From Candidatus Shapirobacteria bacterium (GTDB lineage Bacteria > Patescibacteriota > Microgenomatia > UBA12405), in the NCBI GenBank assembly GCA_041658955.1, contig JBAZZE010000003.1:3842-67841 (forward strand): a DNA stretch of 64,000 nucleotides. The letters are read 5' to 3'. Position 1 is the stretch's first letter; every line of letters starts with the position of its first letter. The notes below the pieces were generated by a model, which was not told the DNA's origin, did no database searches, and saw nothing but the letters and a program-made list of their open reading frames with translations. Below, in pieces: positions 56,300-64,000 of the stretch. The translations under genes were made by a program, and so were the position numbers.

Positions 56300-57886
56300 A
56301 TGAAGTATATTTTTGTAGTTGGTGGAGTAGTTTCAGGTTTGGGAAAAGGAATCGTGGCATCTTCCATAGGAATGCTATTAAAGTCATGTGGCTACAAAGT
56401 GAACATGATTAAAATAGACCCATATTTGAACGTCGATGCTGGAACGATGCGACCTCAGGAGCATGGAGAAACTTTTGTAACTGATGATGGTGGAGAAATT
56501 GATCAAGATCTGGGAAACTATGAACGGTTTTTGAACCAAAGTTTTTCTAAAGACAATAATATTACTTCTGGGAAAATCTATAAAACCATTATTGATAATG
56601 AACGGGCGTTTAAGTATGAGGGAAGAGATGTGGAGATGATCCCTGATGTCCCCAACGAAGTTAAAAGGCGATTTTATGAATTGGAAAAGGGTTATGATTT
56701 TGTGGTGGTGGAAGTCGGCGGGAGTACTGGAGATATTGAAAATCTGCCTTTTTTGTACGCAGCGAGAGAAGTTGGTCGAGAGCGAAAGGCGATGTATGTG
56801 ATGGTGTCGTATGTGCCGTTTTTGAAAAATATTGGAGAACTAAAAACTAAACCAACTCAGCAAGCAATATCTGAACTGCGGTCGACAGGAATTACTCCGG
56901 ATATTTTGATTACTAGAAGTGAAATTGGATTGGATGCTCCGAGAAGAGAGACCTTGGCACGAAGATGTTTTCTGGAAGATGACGCTATTTTTGATGATGC
57001 GGATTGTGACTCAATTTATAGAGTACCAATGGTTCTGGAAAAACAGGGAATCCTTAAAAAGATTTTTAAAGTATTTAAGATTAGAGGTAAAAGTGCTGAG
57101 CTAAAAGAATGGAAAAAAATATTGAAGAAAAAAACCAAGACGGTCAAGATTGCTCTAGTAGGAAAATATGTCAATCACGGTGGAGGAAAACACGCTGATG
57201 TTTATGTGTCGGTGATGGAAGCCTTAAAACACGGAGCCATAGCGAATGGGGTTGATCTACAAGTCGATTCGATAGATGCGAATGACCTTGATGTAAAAGA
57301 ACTGAAAAAATATAAAGGGATTGTGGTGCCTCAAGGATGGGGAAGTCGGGGAGCGGAGGGGATTATTCGAGCGGTCACAGTAGCCAGAGAAAATAAAATA
57401 CCTTACTTGGGGTTATGTTATGGAATGCAGATGGCGGTGATTGAATTTTCTCGAAATGTATTGGGTCTAAAAGATGCCAACTCTGAGGAAGTAGATAGTA
57501 AGACCAAAAATCCGGTAGTACATGTAATGCCGGATCAGAAAAAATATTTGGAAGCGCATCAGTACGGAGGCACCATTCGACTTGGGAGTTGGAAATGTAA
57601 ATTAGTAGAAGGGACAAAACTTCAAAAAATCTATGGTGTGGGTGAAGTTGGGGAACGACACCGACATCGCTATGAGGTAAATAATGACTATCGGGAGAAG
57701 TTAGAAAAAGCGGGGATGAAGATTAGTGGAACGAGTCCAGATGGTCACTTGGTAGAAGCAATAGAATTACTCAATCATCCATTTTTCGTGGCAACGCAGT
57801 TTCATCCGGAATATAAGTCCCGACCGCTGGATCCACATCCAATCTTTGCGGAGTTTGTAAAACAAGTAAAAGCTAGAAGAGGGTGA
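56300..57886 (+). CDS. pyrG: CTP synthase
   Basis: N-terminus MKYIFVVGGVVSGLGKGI. Synthetase domain. C-terminal GATase with GLCYGMQ (Cys nucleophile) and the HRHRYE..N motif. Confidence 0.9.
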   Translation: MKYIFVVGGVVSGLGKGIVASSIGMLLKSCGYKVNMIKIDPYLNVDAGTMRPQEHGETFVTDDGGEIDQDLGNYERFLNQSFSKDNNITSGKIYKTIIDNERAFKYEGRDVEMIPDVPNEVKRRFYELEKGYDFVVVEVGGSTGDIENLPFLYAAREVGRERKAMYVMVSYVPFLKNIGELKTKPTQQAISELRSTGITPDILITRSEIGLDAPRRETLARRCFLEDDAIFDDADCDSIYRVPMVLEKQGILKKIFKVFKIRGKSAELKEWKKILKKKTKTVKIALVGKYVNHGGGKHADVYVSVMEALKHGAIANGVDLQVDSIDANDLDVKELKKYKGIVVPQGWGSRGAEGIIRAVTVARENKIPYLGLCYGMQMAVIEFSRNVLGLKDANSEEVDSKTKNPVVHVMPDQKKYLEAHQYGGTIRLGSWKCKLVEGTKLQKIYGVGEVGERHRHRYEVNNDYREKLEKAGMKISGTSPDGHLVEAIELLNHPFFVATQFHPEYKSRPLDPHPIFAEFVKQVKARRG

Positions 57887-57894
57887 TGCAATTC

Positions 57895-58782
57895 TTAGCT
57901 GCTAAGGTAATCTAATTTGGAGAAATCTTTATAAAGTGACTTAAATTTAGGATCTTTATCGTGTATGTTGGTTATTACTAGATAACGTGACCAACTCATT
58001 GGCAAATCTTCTTTGAAAACAACATAAGCAGAAATATGTAGAATTATTGCTATTATTTTATTATTTTTAACTTTTTCCCAAAGATTTTTGTTTGAGTCTA
58101 CAAATTTTCTAAGTTCATCTGATAAAAATTCATTTACAGTGTTTTCATTTGGTGTTTTTATATTTTTCGAACCATTTGTAAATGCTCTCGTAATTGAAAT
58201 AGCGATGATACCTCGCGATTTTTTGTGAATATAAAGCGTTTTAACTAACTGATTTTTAGCATCATTAATAGCGCGATCCAATCCATTGTTTGAAAATATT
58301 CTTTTACACTCTATGCAGTAGGATTTTCCGTTGGCTTGCACGACTATATCTGGATTGGGGTCATAAAGTTTGCAGTAAAAACCTCGACTTTCCATGTCTG
58401 CGAGTAGGCTTAGTTCAAATAAAGCGTTTCTTGGTTGATTATTTTTATTATTTTCTTCAGTTGGAAGTAGTGGACCTGATAATAATATTTCAAACTTACT
58501 TTTCAAAATTCTACCGTCTTGTCTATTGGGGTTAATATTTTTCAGAATATTGTCCAATTCCATAATTTCGTTAAGTGAGTAGTAAACTTCATTCTTTTCG
58601 CTGTTTTCCAATAAGTATCGTTTTTTTAACTCGGGACTATTCGCTAGTTTGATCAGATTTTCAAGGTGTCCATACGCAAGGTGAACTCTATCAGCTCGGT
58701 TAATTTGAATGCCGAGCTGTAATAAAAGTTTGTCAAGTATATCTCGTCCGACTAATAGTTCTTCGTAACTTTTTATTATCAT
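57895..58782 (-). CDS. AT-rich hypothetical protein with PD-(D/E)xK nuclease-like signature
   Basis: 295-aa ORF in a markedly AT-rich segment. YDPNPDIVVQANGKSYCIECKRI gives D...(E-C-K), i.e. a PD-x(n)-(D/E)xK arrangement. Convergent with pyrG (8-nt gap). Confidence 0.4.
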   Translation of the reverse strand: MIIKSYEELLVGRDILDKLLLQLGIQINRADRVHLAYGHLENLIKLANSPELKKRYLLENSEKNEVYYSLNEIMELDNILKNINPNRQDGRILKSKFEILLSGPLLPTEENNKNNQPRNALFELSLLADMESRGFYCKLYDPNPDIVVQANGKSYCIECKRIFSNNGLDRAINDAKNQLVKTLYIHKKSRGIIAISITRAFTNGSKNIKTPNENTVNEFLSDELRKFVDSNKNLWEKVKNNKIIAIILHISAYVVFKEDLPMSWSRYLVITNIHDKDPKFKSLYKDFSKLDYLSS

Positions 58783-58802
58783 AAAAATAGTGAATTATAC
58801 AA

Positions 58803-58830
58803 AAATCCCCCGCCGGAGCGGGGGATTGAA
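58803..58830 (-). terminator. Intrinsic terminator after rplL
   Basis: Minus strand: TCCCCCGCtccgGCGGGGGA followed by TTTTTGT, about 20 nt after the rplL stop. Confidence 0.6.
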
Positions 58831-58849
58831 GTTTTAAGATTAGATAATC

Positions 58850-59233
58850 TTATTTGAGTTCGACAGTTGCGCCTGCAGCTTCGAGTTTAGTCTTAGCATC
58901 AGCAGCAGCGTCTTTCTTCATGGTACCCATGTCTGCGGGAGCAGCATCGACCATGTCTTTAGCTTCTTTGAGTCCGAGTTCTGGTTTGAATTCGCGGACT
59001 ACTTTGATAACAGCGATTTTGTTAGTACCAGCATTGGTGATAACAACATCGAATTCGGTCTTCTCTTCAGCAGCAGGAGCGGCTGCACCAGCAGCGGCAC
59101 CAGCAGCAGGAGCTGCGGCCATAGCGACGGCTTTAACGTCGAATTTTTCTTCTAAAGCTTTGACCAGTTCGGATAATTCCATTACTGAAAGTTCAGCAAT
59201 TTGGTCGAGAATTTTGGTTAATTTTGCGTCCAT
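58850..59233 (-). CDS. rplL: 50S ribosomal protein L7/L12
   Basis: N-terminal dimerisation domain. Ala-rich hinge [21 protein letters not shown]-terminal domain with [11 protein letters not shown]...[13 protein letters not shown]. Confidence 0.9.
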   Translation of the reverse strand: MDAKLTKILDQIAELSVMELSELVKALEEKFDVKAVAMAAAPAAGAAAGAAAPAAEEKTEFDVVITNAGTNKIAVIKVVREFKPELGLKEAKDMVDAAPADMGTMKKDAAADAKTKLEAAGATVELK

Positions 59234-59263
59234 TTTTTTTATTAATTAATAAATGATTAATAA

Positions 59264-59779
59264 CTATTTTTTATCAGCTATAGCCTTGAGGGTCATAACT
59301 AATTGAGTTTGGTTGTAGCGCATAGCATAGACCATTCTCTCGAGAGGATTTCGAAGTCCACCAACGAGCTGAGCTAGTAAAGTGGATTTTGAAGGAAGGG
59401 AGATGAACTTTTTAAGATCATCGACAGAAAGAAGTTTGCCTTGGTAGATACCATATTTGAAGAAAGTTTTTTCAGAACTCTTGTTGACAGCATCAATCTC
59501 TTTTAGGGGAGCGATCTCATCATCATTGCTATAGGCAATAGCGGTTGGTCCGACTAATTCTTCAGGAAGGGCAATACCCATTTTAAGAAGAGCACGGAAA
59601 ATAAGGGAGTTTTTGGTGACTTCGAGGGCTCCACCATTCTCACGGACCTTGTCGCGAAGAGCGACGACACCGGCAGCGTTTAAACCTTGGTATTGGACGA
59701 GAGCGGCTGATTTGGCGCTATTAAGCTTAACGACGACTTCGTCGACCTTGGCGATTTTGTTGGTTTTGGCTTTTGACAT
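59264..59779 (-). CDS. rplJ: 50S ribosomal protein L10
   Basis: MSKAKTNKIAKVDEVVVKLNSAKSAALVQYQGLNAAGVVALRDKVRENGGALEVTKNSL is the typical L10 N-terminal domain. Immediately upstream of rplL. Confidence 0.85.
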   Translation of the reverse strand: MSKAKTNKIAKVDEVVVKLNSAKSAALVQYQGLNAAGVVALRDKVRENGGALEVTKNSLIFRALLKMGIALPEELVGPTAIAYSNDDEIAPLKEIDAVNKSSEKTFFKYGIYQGKLLSVDDLKKFISLPSKSTLLAQLVGGLRNPLERMVYAMRYNQTQLVMTLKAIADKK

Positions 59780-59789
59780 ATTTTGAATA

Positions 59790-59825
59790 AAAAAAAGCTC
59801 ACCGATGAGGTGAGGCTAGATAAAA
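59790..59825 (-). promoter_or_regulatory. Hairpin + U-run immediately upstream of rplJ start (candidate L10 leader attenuator)
   Basis: Minus strand: CCTCACCtcatcGGTGAGC followed by TTTTTTTT, then ATTCAAAATATG (rplJ start). The position matches a leader attenuator better than the end of the upstream gene. Confidence 0.35.
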
Positions 59826-59935
59826 GTATCTAAATTTGGCCTCGGCGGGAATTACTATTCAGATAGACTGAACAAACCTGCTGTCTTCGGTAGAACAAGG
59901 GATATTGTAACAGAAAAAAAACAAAAGAATAGGGG

Positions 59936-60229
59936 TTACTGACTTTTTGGGCGTGATATGTCGGCTAACTCACTAGCCAACTCGTCAAATGAGATTGATC
60001 TTCTTTTGACTACACTACCGGCTACCCGTCCGCCATCAGCAGTAAATAATGCTCCAACTCCGGTACTTTCGTCGATTAGTGTGTACGAGCCGTTTTCATG
60101 AGTGAGTCTAGAGACAATTCCAGCAACTTGGCCGTCGACCATAGTTACTTGATAATCTAATTTTCCGGTGTCATAAGGACCGTTGTTAACATTACCGCCG
60201 GGTAGAATTAAGACGTTTTTTCCTGCCAT
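59936..60229 (-). CDS. Hypothetical small protein upstream of rplJ
   Basis: 97-aa Gly/Val-rich ORF. It is neither rplK nor rplA. Confidence 0.3.
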   Translation of the reverse strand: MAGKNVLILPGGNVNNGPYDTGKLDYQVTMVDGQVAGIVSRLTHENGSYTLIDESTGVGALFTADGGRVAGSVVKRRSISFDELASELADISRPKSQ

Positions 60230-60399
60230 GGGGTATTATAATTCTAAGAGTGGTTTAAGTCAAGTTATCTCAATAGTTAGGTATATTTTATATATTAGTA
60301 AGAAGATCGTTTGGCTAATTCTAAACGTAAACTGGCGATTCTGAATGAGTTGTAGTGATTTCTAAATAAGTGATTGGGTATTAGGTAGTAAAATAAGGA

Positions 60400-61425
60400 G
60401 TGAGTAAATGGGTAGCTTTGATACTAATAATAATTGGGCTGTTGGTGGGTGGGTACTTTTTCTATAATAGCCGGACAAAAATAATTGATCCAAAAGGAAT
60501 TGGCGGTGTTAGTCAAAATCTTTTTTTAGAAAAATATGACTTTGATAGCCTCCGAAAACGGGTTCCAGTAGCCTCAGAAATTCAGATACTAGGTCCGATA
60601 AAAGAAATAGAAGACCGGCGAGCAAATCTAGATATCAAAGAAAAATATACCTTTACTACCCGAGAGATTAGCTTTGAAAGTGAGGGAAAGAAAATATCAG
60701 GGATGATCAACTATATGCCAGAGCGGAGTAGCTTGAGTCCAGTGATAATAATGGTACGAGGGTACGCTGAAAAGATAGGATATTATCCTGGTTCGGGTAG
60801 CTGGCGGATGGCCGATGAGCTAGCCAAACAGGGTTATGTGACCATTAGCTTGGATTTTTTGGGTTATGCCAATAGTGAGGGTGAATCAACAGATATGTTG
60901 GAAGCTAGATTTCATAAAGTAGTTGAGGTACTGGATCTACTAGAGTCGGTTAAGAGAATTCCTTGGGTTGATAAAAACCGAATTGGATTTTGGGCGCATA
61001 GTAATGGTGGTCAAATTGTGATGTCAGTATTGGAAGTGACTGGGGAGAGGTACCCCACAGTCATGTGGGCGCCAATGACCCAGTCGTTTCCCGATAGTGT
61101 TCTGTCAACCATTGATGAGGGAAGTCCAGTAAAGGATGCAATTGATGAGTTTCAAAAACATTATGATGCACGGAGATACGCATTTGATAGTTATTACCAA
61201 TGGATAAATTCCCCGGTAATTATAATGCAGGGAACTAAGGATGAATGGGTGGAGGTTAGCTGGCAAGAGGGGGTGGTGAATAAACTTAAAAACCTTGGAA
61301 AAGAAGCGGAATTAGTGATCTACCCTGGGGCCGATCATAACCTCAAAAACACAGCCGAAAAAGCTTGGGAAAGTGCCGTTGGAAAAAGTATCGACTTTTA
61401 TGCGGAAAATATGAAAAACAGGTGA
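60400..61425 (+). CDS. Alpha/beta-hydrolase (dienelactone hydrolase/S9 peptidase-like), membrane-anchored
   Basis: N-terminal TM. Nucleophile elbow GFWAHSNGGQIV (GxSxG). Downstream acid and His residues (...GADHNL). Confidence 0.6.
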   Translation: MSKWVALILIIIGLLVGGYFFYNSRTKIIDPKGIGGVSQNLFLEKYDFDSLRKRVPVASEIQILGPIKEIEDRRANLDIKEKYTFTTREISFESEGKKISGMINYMPERSSLSPVIIMVRGYAEKIGYYPGSGSWRMADELAKQGYVTISLDFLGYANSEGESTDMLEARFHKVVEVLDLLESVKRIPWVDKNRIGFWAHSNGGQIVMSVLEVTGERYPTVMWAPMTQSFPDSVLSTIDEGSPVKDAIDEFQKHYDARRYAFDSYYQWINSPVIIMQGTKDEWVEVSWQEGVVNKLKNLGKEAELVIYPGADHNLKNTAEKAWESAVGKSIDFYAENMKNR

Positions 61426-61454
61426 TATAATTACGGGTTATTTTCGAAGTAACC

Positions 61455-62264
61455 ATGACAAATTTAAAGTTATTAGTAATCGGTCATTTGGCGCGGGATG
61501 TGGTCAAGACAAAAACGGGGACGGGTGAGTTTTGGGGAGGAGCTGGATATCACGTGGCAATGGCTGCAGCAATGTTTTTACCGGCGGGAGAGGTTGTTTT
61601 AAAAAGTAGCGCCGGAAAAGATTTTAATAAAAAAATACTGATTGAAAAAGGAATAAATTCTAACTATTTGAAAATTAATGAAAGTGAAAATTGTGATAAG
61701 CATTTTTTAGATGAGTCGACTGAAAAGCGAGAATATTTTTCAGAAGGGATATTGAGTGAAGAAATTGATCTAATGGATTTGGAACCAATTATTGAAGAAA
61801 TCGGATGGATTCATTTGGCGTCTTCACCACCAAAACAACAACTAAAGTGGTTGTCTCAAATAAAGAGTTTCGGAAGAGGGGATATTTTAATTTCAGCAGA
61901 TACTTTTGATACTTTTGCTGCGGAAACTCCAGATAAGGTCCATCAAGTTTTTGAACAATGTACTTTGGGTTTTCTGAACCAAGGGGAGTGGTCAAATTTA
62001 AATGCTCAGGACATGAAGATGAAGTTAATTCGTAAGTTGGGTGAAATGGGCGCTGAGATTTTTGAAAATGGTGAAAAAATCCTAGGCGTAGAGTGTGAAA
62101 GAGAGGTGAAAGTAGCTGATACTACCGGGGCAGGAGAAGTGGTGGCGGGGGTTTATTTGGCTAAGAAAATATTGGGTGTACCAGACGACGAAGCTTTGCG
62201 TGAAGCAATAAAAATGGCGACAAAATCAGTTGAGAATTTTGGGACAGATCATTTGAGAACTTAG
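61455..62264 (+). CDS. PfkB-family carbohydrate/nucleoside kinase
   Basis: N-terminal VIGHLARDVV. C-terminal anion-hole motif DTTGAGEVVAG (DTxGAGD). Confidence 0.6.
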   Translation: MTNLKLLVIGHLARDVVKTKTGTGEFWGGAGYHVAMAAAMFLPAGEVVLKSSAGKDFNKKILIEKGINSNYLKINESENCDKHFLDESTEKREYFSEGILSEEIDLMDLEPIIEEIGWIHLASSPPKQQLKWLSQIKSFGRGDILISADTFDTFAAETPDKVHQVFEQCTLGFLNQGEWSNLNAQDMKMKLIRKLGEMGAEIFENGEKILGVECEREVKVADTTGAGEVVAGVYLAKKILGVPDDEALREAIKMATKSVENFGTDHLRT

Positions 62265-63235
62265 TGATCGGCTTCGACTATCTGTTTATAGTAGACACAA
62301 ACTGGGACGTAGCGATTGTTAGCGGGGAAGACTAATCCAGTTTGGACAGCAGGACAGGAAAGGTGTTGGTATTTTTTAGCATACGCTCGAGCATTGGTCA
62401 TGTCAGTATCAACTCGGTCCTCATAGACCCGACCGAGGGATAGTTCTTTTGATTTAGTGGTAAAACAACAACCATAGAAATAACCATCTGGATATAATTC
62501 GACTTTAACAGGATCGGCAATAAAACATTTGTAATCGTAGTTCTTTTTAATTTCTTCAAATTCTTTTTTGGTGACAAAAAGCAGGGGATAACGAAGCCCC
62601 ATATTTTTGGTTTTAGAATTGGCTGTAATAATTTTCTTGGCGTCAATCCATTGTTTTGGATTAATGAGAAAATCCTGATTGAAATTGGCAGTACCGGTAT
62701 TATTGATGAAATTAAAGCTCATTCGCTTGACCCCAAGATCATCAAGAAGCTTAATGGCGGCAGCAATTTCGGTGATATTGTATTTATGGACGGTGTAAAC
62801 CACTTCAACTCGAAATCCAGATGGGACACAGTATTTGATACTTTTAATGACCTGATCGTAAACACCCTTACCGCGAAGATCGTCGTTAGTTTTGGCTGTA
62901 GCTCCATCAAGACTGAAGGTGACTTTATCGACCAACTTGGGGTCAAACTTGGTGAAGATGTGGCTGTTGGTACCATTGGTACTAACTCCGACAGTATAAC
63001 CAAGTGATTTAGCTTCTCTTATAGTAGGTAAAAAGTAAGGGGATAGGCAAGACTCACCACCGGTAACTTCGACATGGCGGAAGTCTTTGTCGATAAAATG
63101 AGCTAAAGCAGTTTTAATCTGCTTCCAATTTAGAAACTCATCATTTTGAGGTGAACCTTCGATAAAGCAATGCTTACAACGAAGATTACACTTGTTGGTG
63201 AGATAAATGGCAATTCTTTTTGCGTCAATTTGCAC
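62261..63235 (-). CDS. Radical SAM protein with C-terminal Cys-rich auxiliary region
   Basis: CxxxCxxC at NKCNLRCKHCF. GGE motif VEVTGGESCL. Additional C-terminal cysteines (GCCF, SCP, PVCV) suggest an auxiliary-cluster domain. Confidence 0.65.
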   Translation of the reverse strand: MQIDAKRIAIYLTNKCNLRCKHCFIEGSPQNDEFLNWKQIKTALAHFIDKDFRHVEVTGGESCLSPYFLPTIREAKSLGYTVGVSTNGTNSHIFTKFDPKLVDKVTFSLDGATAKTNDDLRGKGVYDQVIKSIKYCVPSGFRVEVVYTVHKYNITEIAAAIKLLDDLGVKRMSFNFINNTGTANFNQDFLINPKQWIDAKKIITANSKTKNMGLRYPLLFVTKKEFEEIKKNYDYKCFIADPVKVELYPDGYFYGCCFTTKSKELSLGRVYEDRVDTDMTNARAYAKKYQHLSCPAVQTGLVFPANNRYVPVCVYYKQIVEADH

Positions 63236-63264
63236 GAGTTAAATTCAATGGTATAATTGGGGTT

Positions 63265-63837
63265 ATGAAGATATATTTTACCGCATCTCTGCGTGGAAAG
63301 AAAGAGTTTGGGAAAAATTACATTTCAATTGTGAATAGTCTTACCAAACAAGGGAATAAAGTCTTTTCAGATCATATTATTAAGTTCGAACCGGAAAGTT
63401 TGGGAGTGCAAAGTAAAGAAGAAGCCAAAAAAAATTACGACCGAATTTTATCCTCGATTAAAAAATCTGATGTATTTGTGGCTGAAGTTTCAACTCAAAG
63501 TTTATCGGTAGGTCACGAGGTAACTGAAGCTATGGCTCTCAACAAACCCATGATTATTCTCTACTCTGGTGATAATCGACCAGGGCTTCTGTTTGGATCG
63601 GTTTACGATAAGATGCAAATCATTCAATACACAGTTGATAGCAAACTAGATGAAGTACTTTCTAAGGCTGTTGATGATGCTATGAGACATGCTGATGTCC
63701 GTTTCAACTTTTTTGTGAGTCCTAAGATTTTGGCATACCTTGACTGGGTAGCTCAAAAAAGAATGATTCCCCGCTCAGTATATTTACGAAATCTCATTGA
63801 AAAAGAAATGAGAAAAAATAAGGAATTTAACGGATAG
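63265..63837 (+). CDS. Nucleoside 2-deoxyribosyltransferase-like domain protein with RHH-like C-terminal tail
   Basis: The start was chosen at MKIYFTASLRG. SDVFVAEVSTQSLSVGHEVTEAMALNKPMIILY matches the Nuc_deoxyrib_tr pattern (DvvvA.l......G...E.G.A.a.gKPvi). The C-terminal SPKILAYLDWVAQKRMIPRSVYLRNLIEKEM looks ribbon-helix-helix-like. Confidence 0.4.
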   Translation: MKIYFTASLRGKKEFGKNYISIVNSLTKQGNKVFSDHIIKFEPESLGVQSKEEAKKNYDRILSSIKKSDVFVAEVSTQSLSVGHEVTEAMALNKPMIILYSGDNRPGLLFGSVYDKMQIIQYTVDSKLDEVLSKAVDDAMRHADVRFNFFVSPKILAYLDWVAQKRMIPRSVYLRNLIEKEMRKNKEFNG

Positions 63838-63839
63838 TA

Positions 63840-64000
63840 ATGGAGATTGTCTTTGACTTTGATGGAACTATTGCCGATACCTTTGATGCTGCTGTAAAAA
63901 TTCTCAACCGACTAGCGCCGGAGTATGGCTATGAGCCAGTTACTGAAGAAATGCAAAAAGAATTCAAGCGGTTAGGTACCAAAAAAGCCATGAAAGCATT
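63840..64000 (+). CDS. HAD-superfamily hydrolase (N-terminal fragment, continues beyond window)
   Basis: Motif I VFDFDGTIADT (DxDGT). Confidence 0.6.
   Translation, partial: MEIVFDFDGTIADTFDAAVKILNRLAPEYGYEPVTEEMQKEFKRLGTKKAMKA

Noticed and set aside
1-64000. CRISPR arrays, rRNA genes, transposases/integrases
   Set aside because: I saw no regularly spaced short direct repeats, no rRNA-like conserved stretches, and no DDE/tyrosine-recombinase-like ORFs. The repeats present are the hairpin families described above.

Overview
Overview: this 64-kb window looks like a gene-dense, low-GC chromosomal segment read with the standard genetic code; long ORFs such as leuS and ruvB are uninterrupted by TGA. 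I estimated GC at about 40-45% by eye. Housekeeping genes are present: leuS, mreB, murB, ruvC/ruvA/ruvB, pyrG, rplJ-rplL, comEA, comEC, two tRNAs, and a MacB/FtsX-type ABC transporter. Very large secreted or surface-protein loci dominate the rest. The small-genome style, the monoderm-like anchoring (C-terminal TM anchors, no outer-membrane components seen) and the absence of biosynthetic genes suggest an uncultivated small-genome bacterium, possibly CPR/Patescibacteria-like. That is inference only. The most notable content is listed below. (1) A minus-strand surface 'mega-operon' of at least 15 kb (1..15355). It encodes a WxL-like secreted protein, then a DUF916/DUF3324-like membrane-anchored partner, then a CnaB-like anchored protein, a small Ig-like protein, and three tandem giant paralogs built of LamG (Laminin_G_3/concanavalin-like) repeats. 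The paralogs share near-identical N-terminal modules and mostly use GTG starts. A second WxL-like/anchor/membrane-protein trio lies at 19644..21854. (2) A 2401-aa Kelch-like/FN3 giant protein is translationally coupled to a MacB-like ABC ATPase and FtsX permease. (3) comEC is split into a competence domain and an MBL domain; the two halves are separated by two different intergenic repeat families. Both repeat families recur elsewhere in the window and keep their hairpins through compensatory base changes, so they are candidate structured RNAs or REP-like elements. (4) An 11-codon Leu-rich leader peptide (MKMLSVSLLLS) with overlapping antiterminator/terminator hairpins sits upstream of leuS. 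This is a candidate pheM-like translational attenuator. (5) A two-gene OmpR-type wHTH regulator + P-loop NTPase module lies between the surface loci. (6) An AT-rich gene with a PD-(D/E)xK nuclease signature lies between pyrG and rplL. (7) A J-domain protein carries HPD->HTD. (8) A small excisionase-HTH-containing island follows ruvB. No CRISPR array, rRNA, transposase or integrase was recognised. All domain calls are by-eye motif recognition, not database searches.
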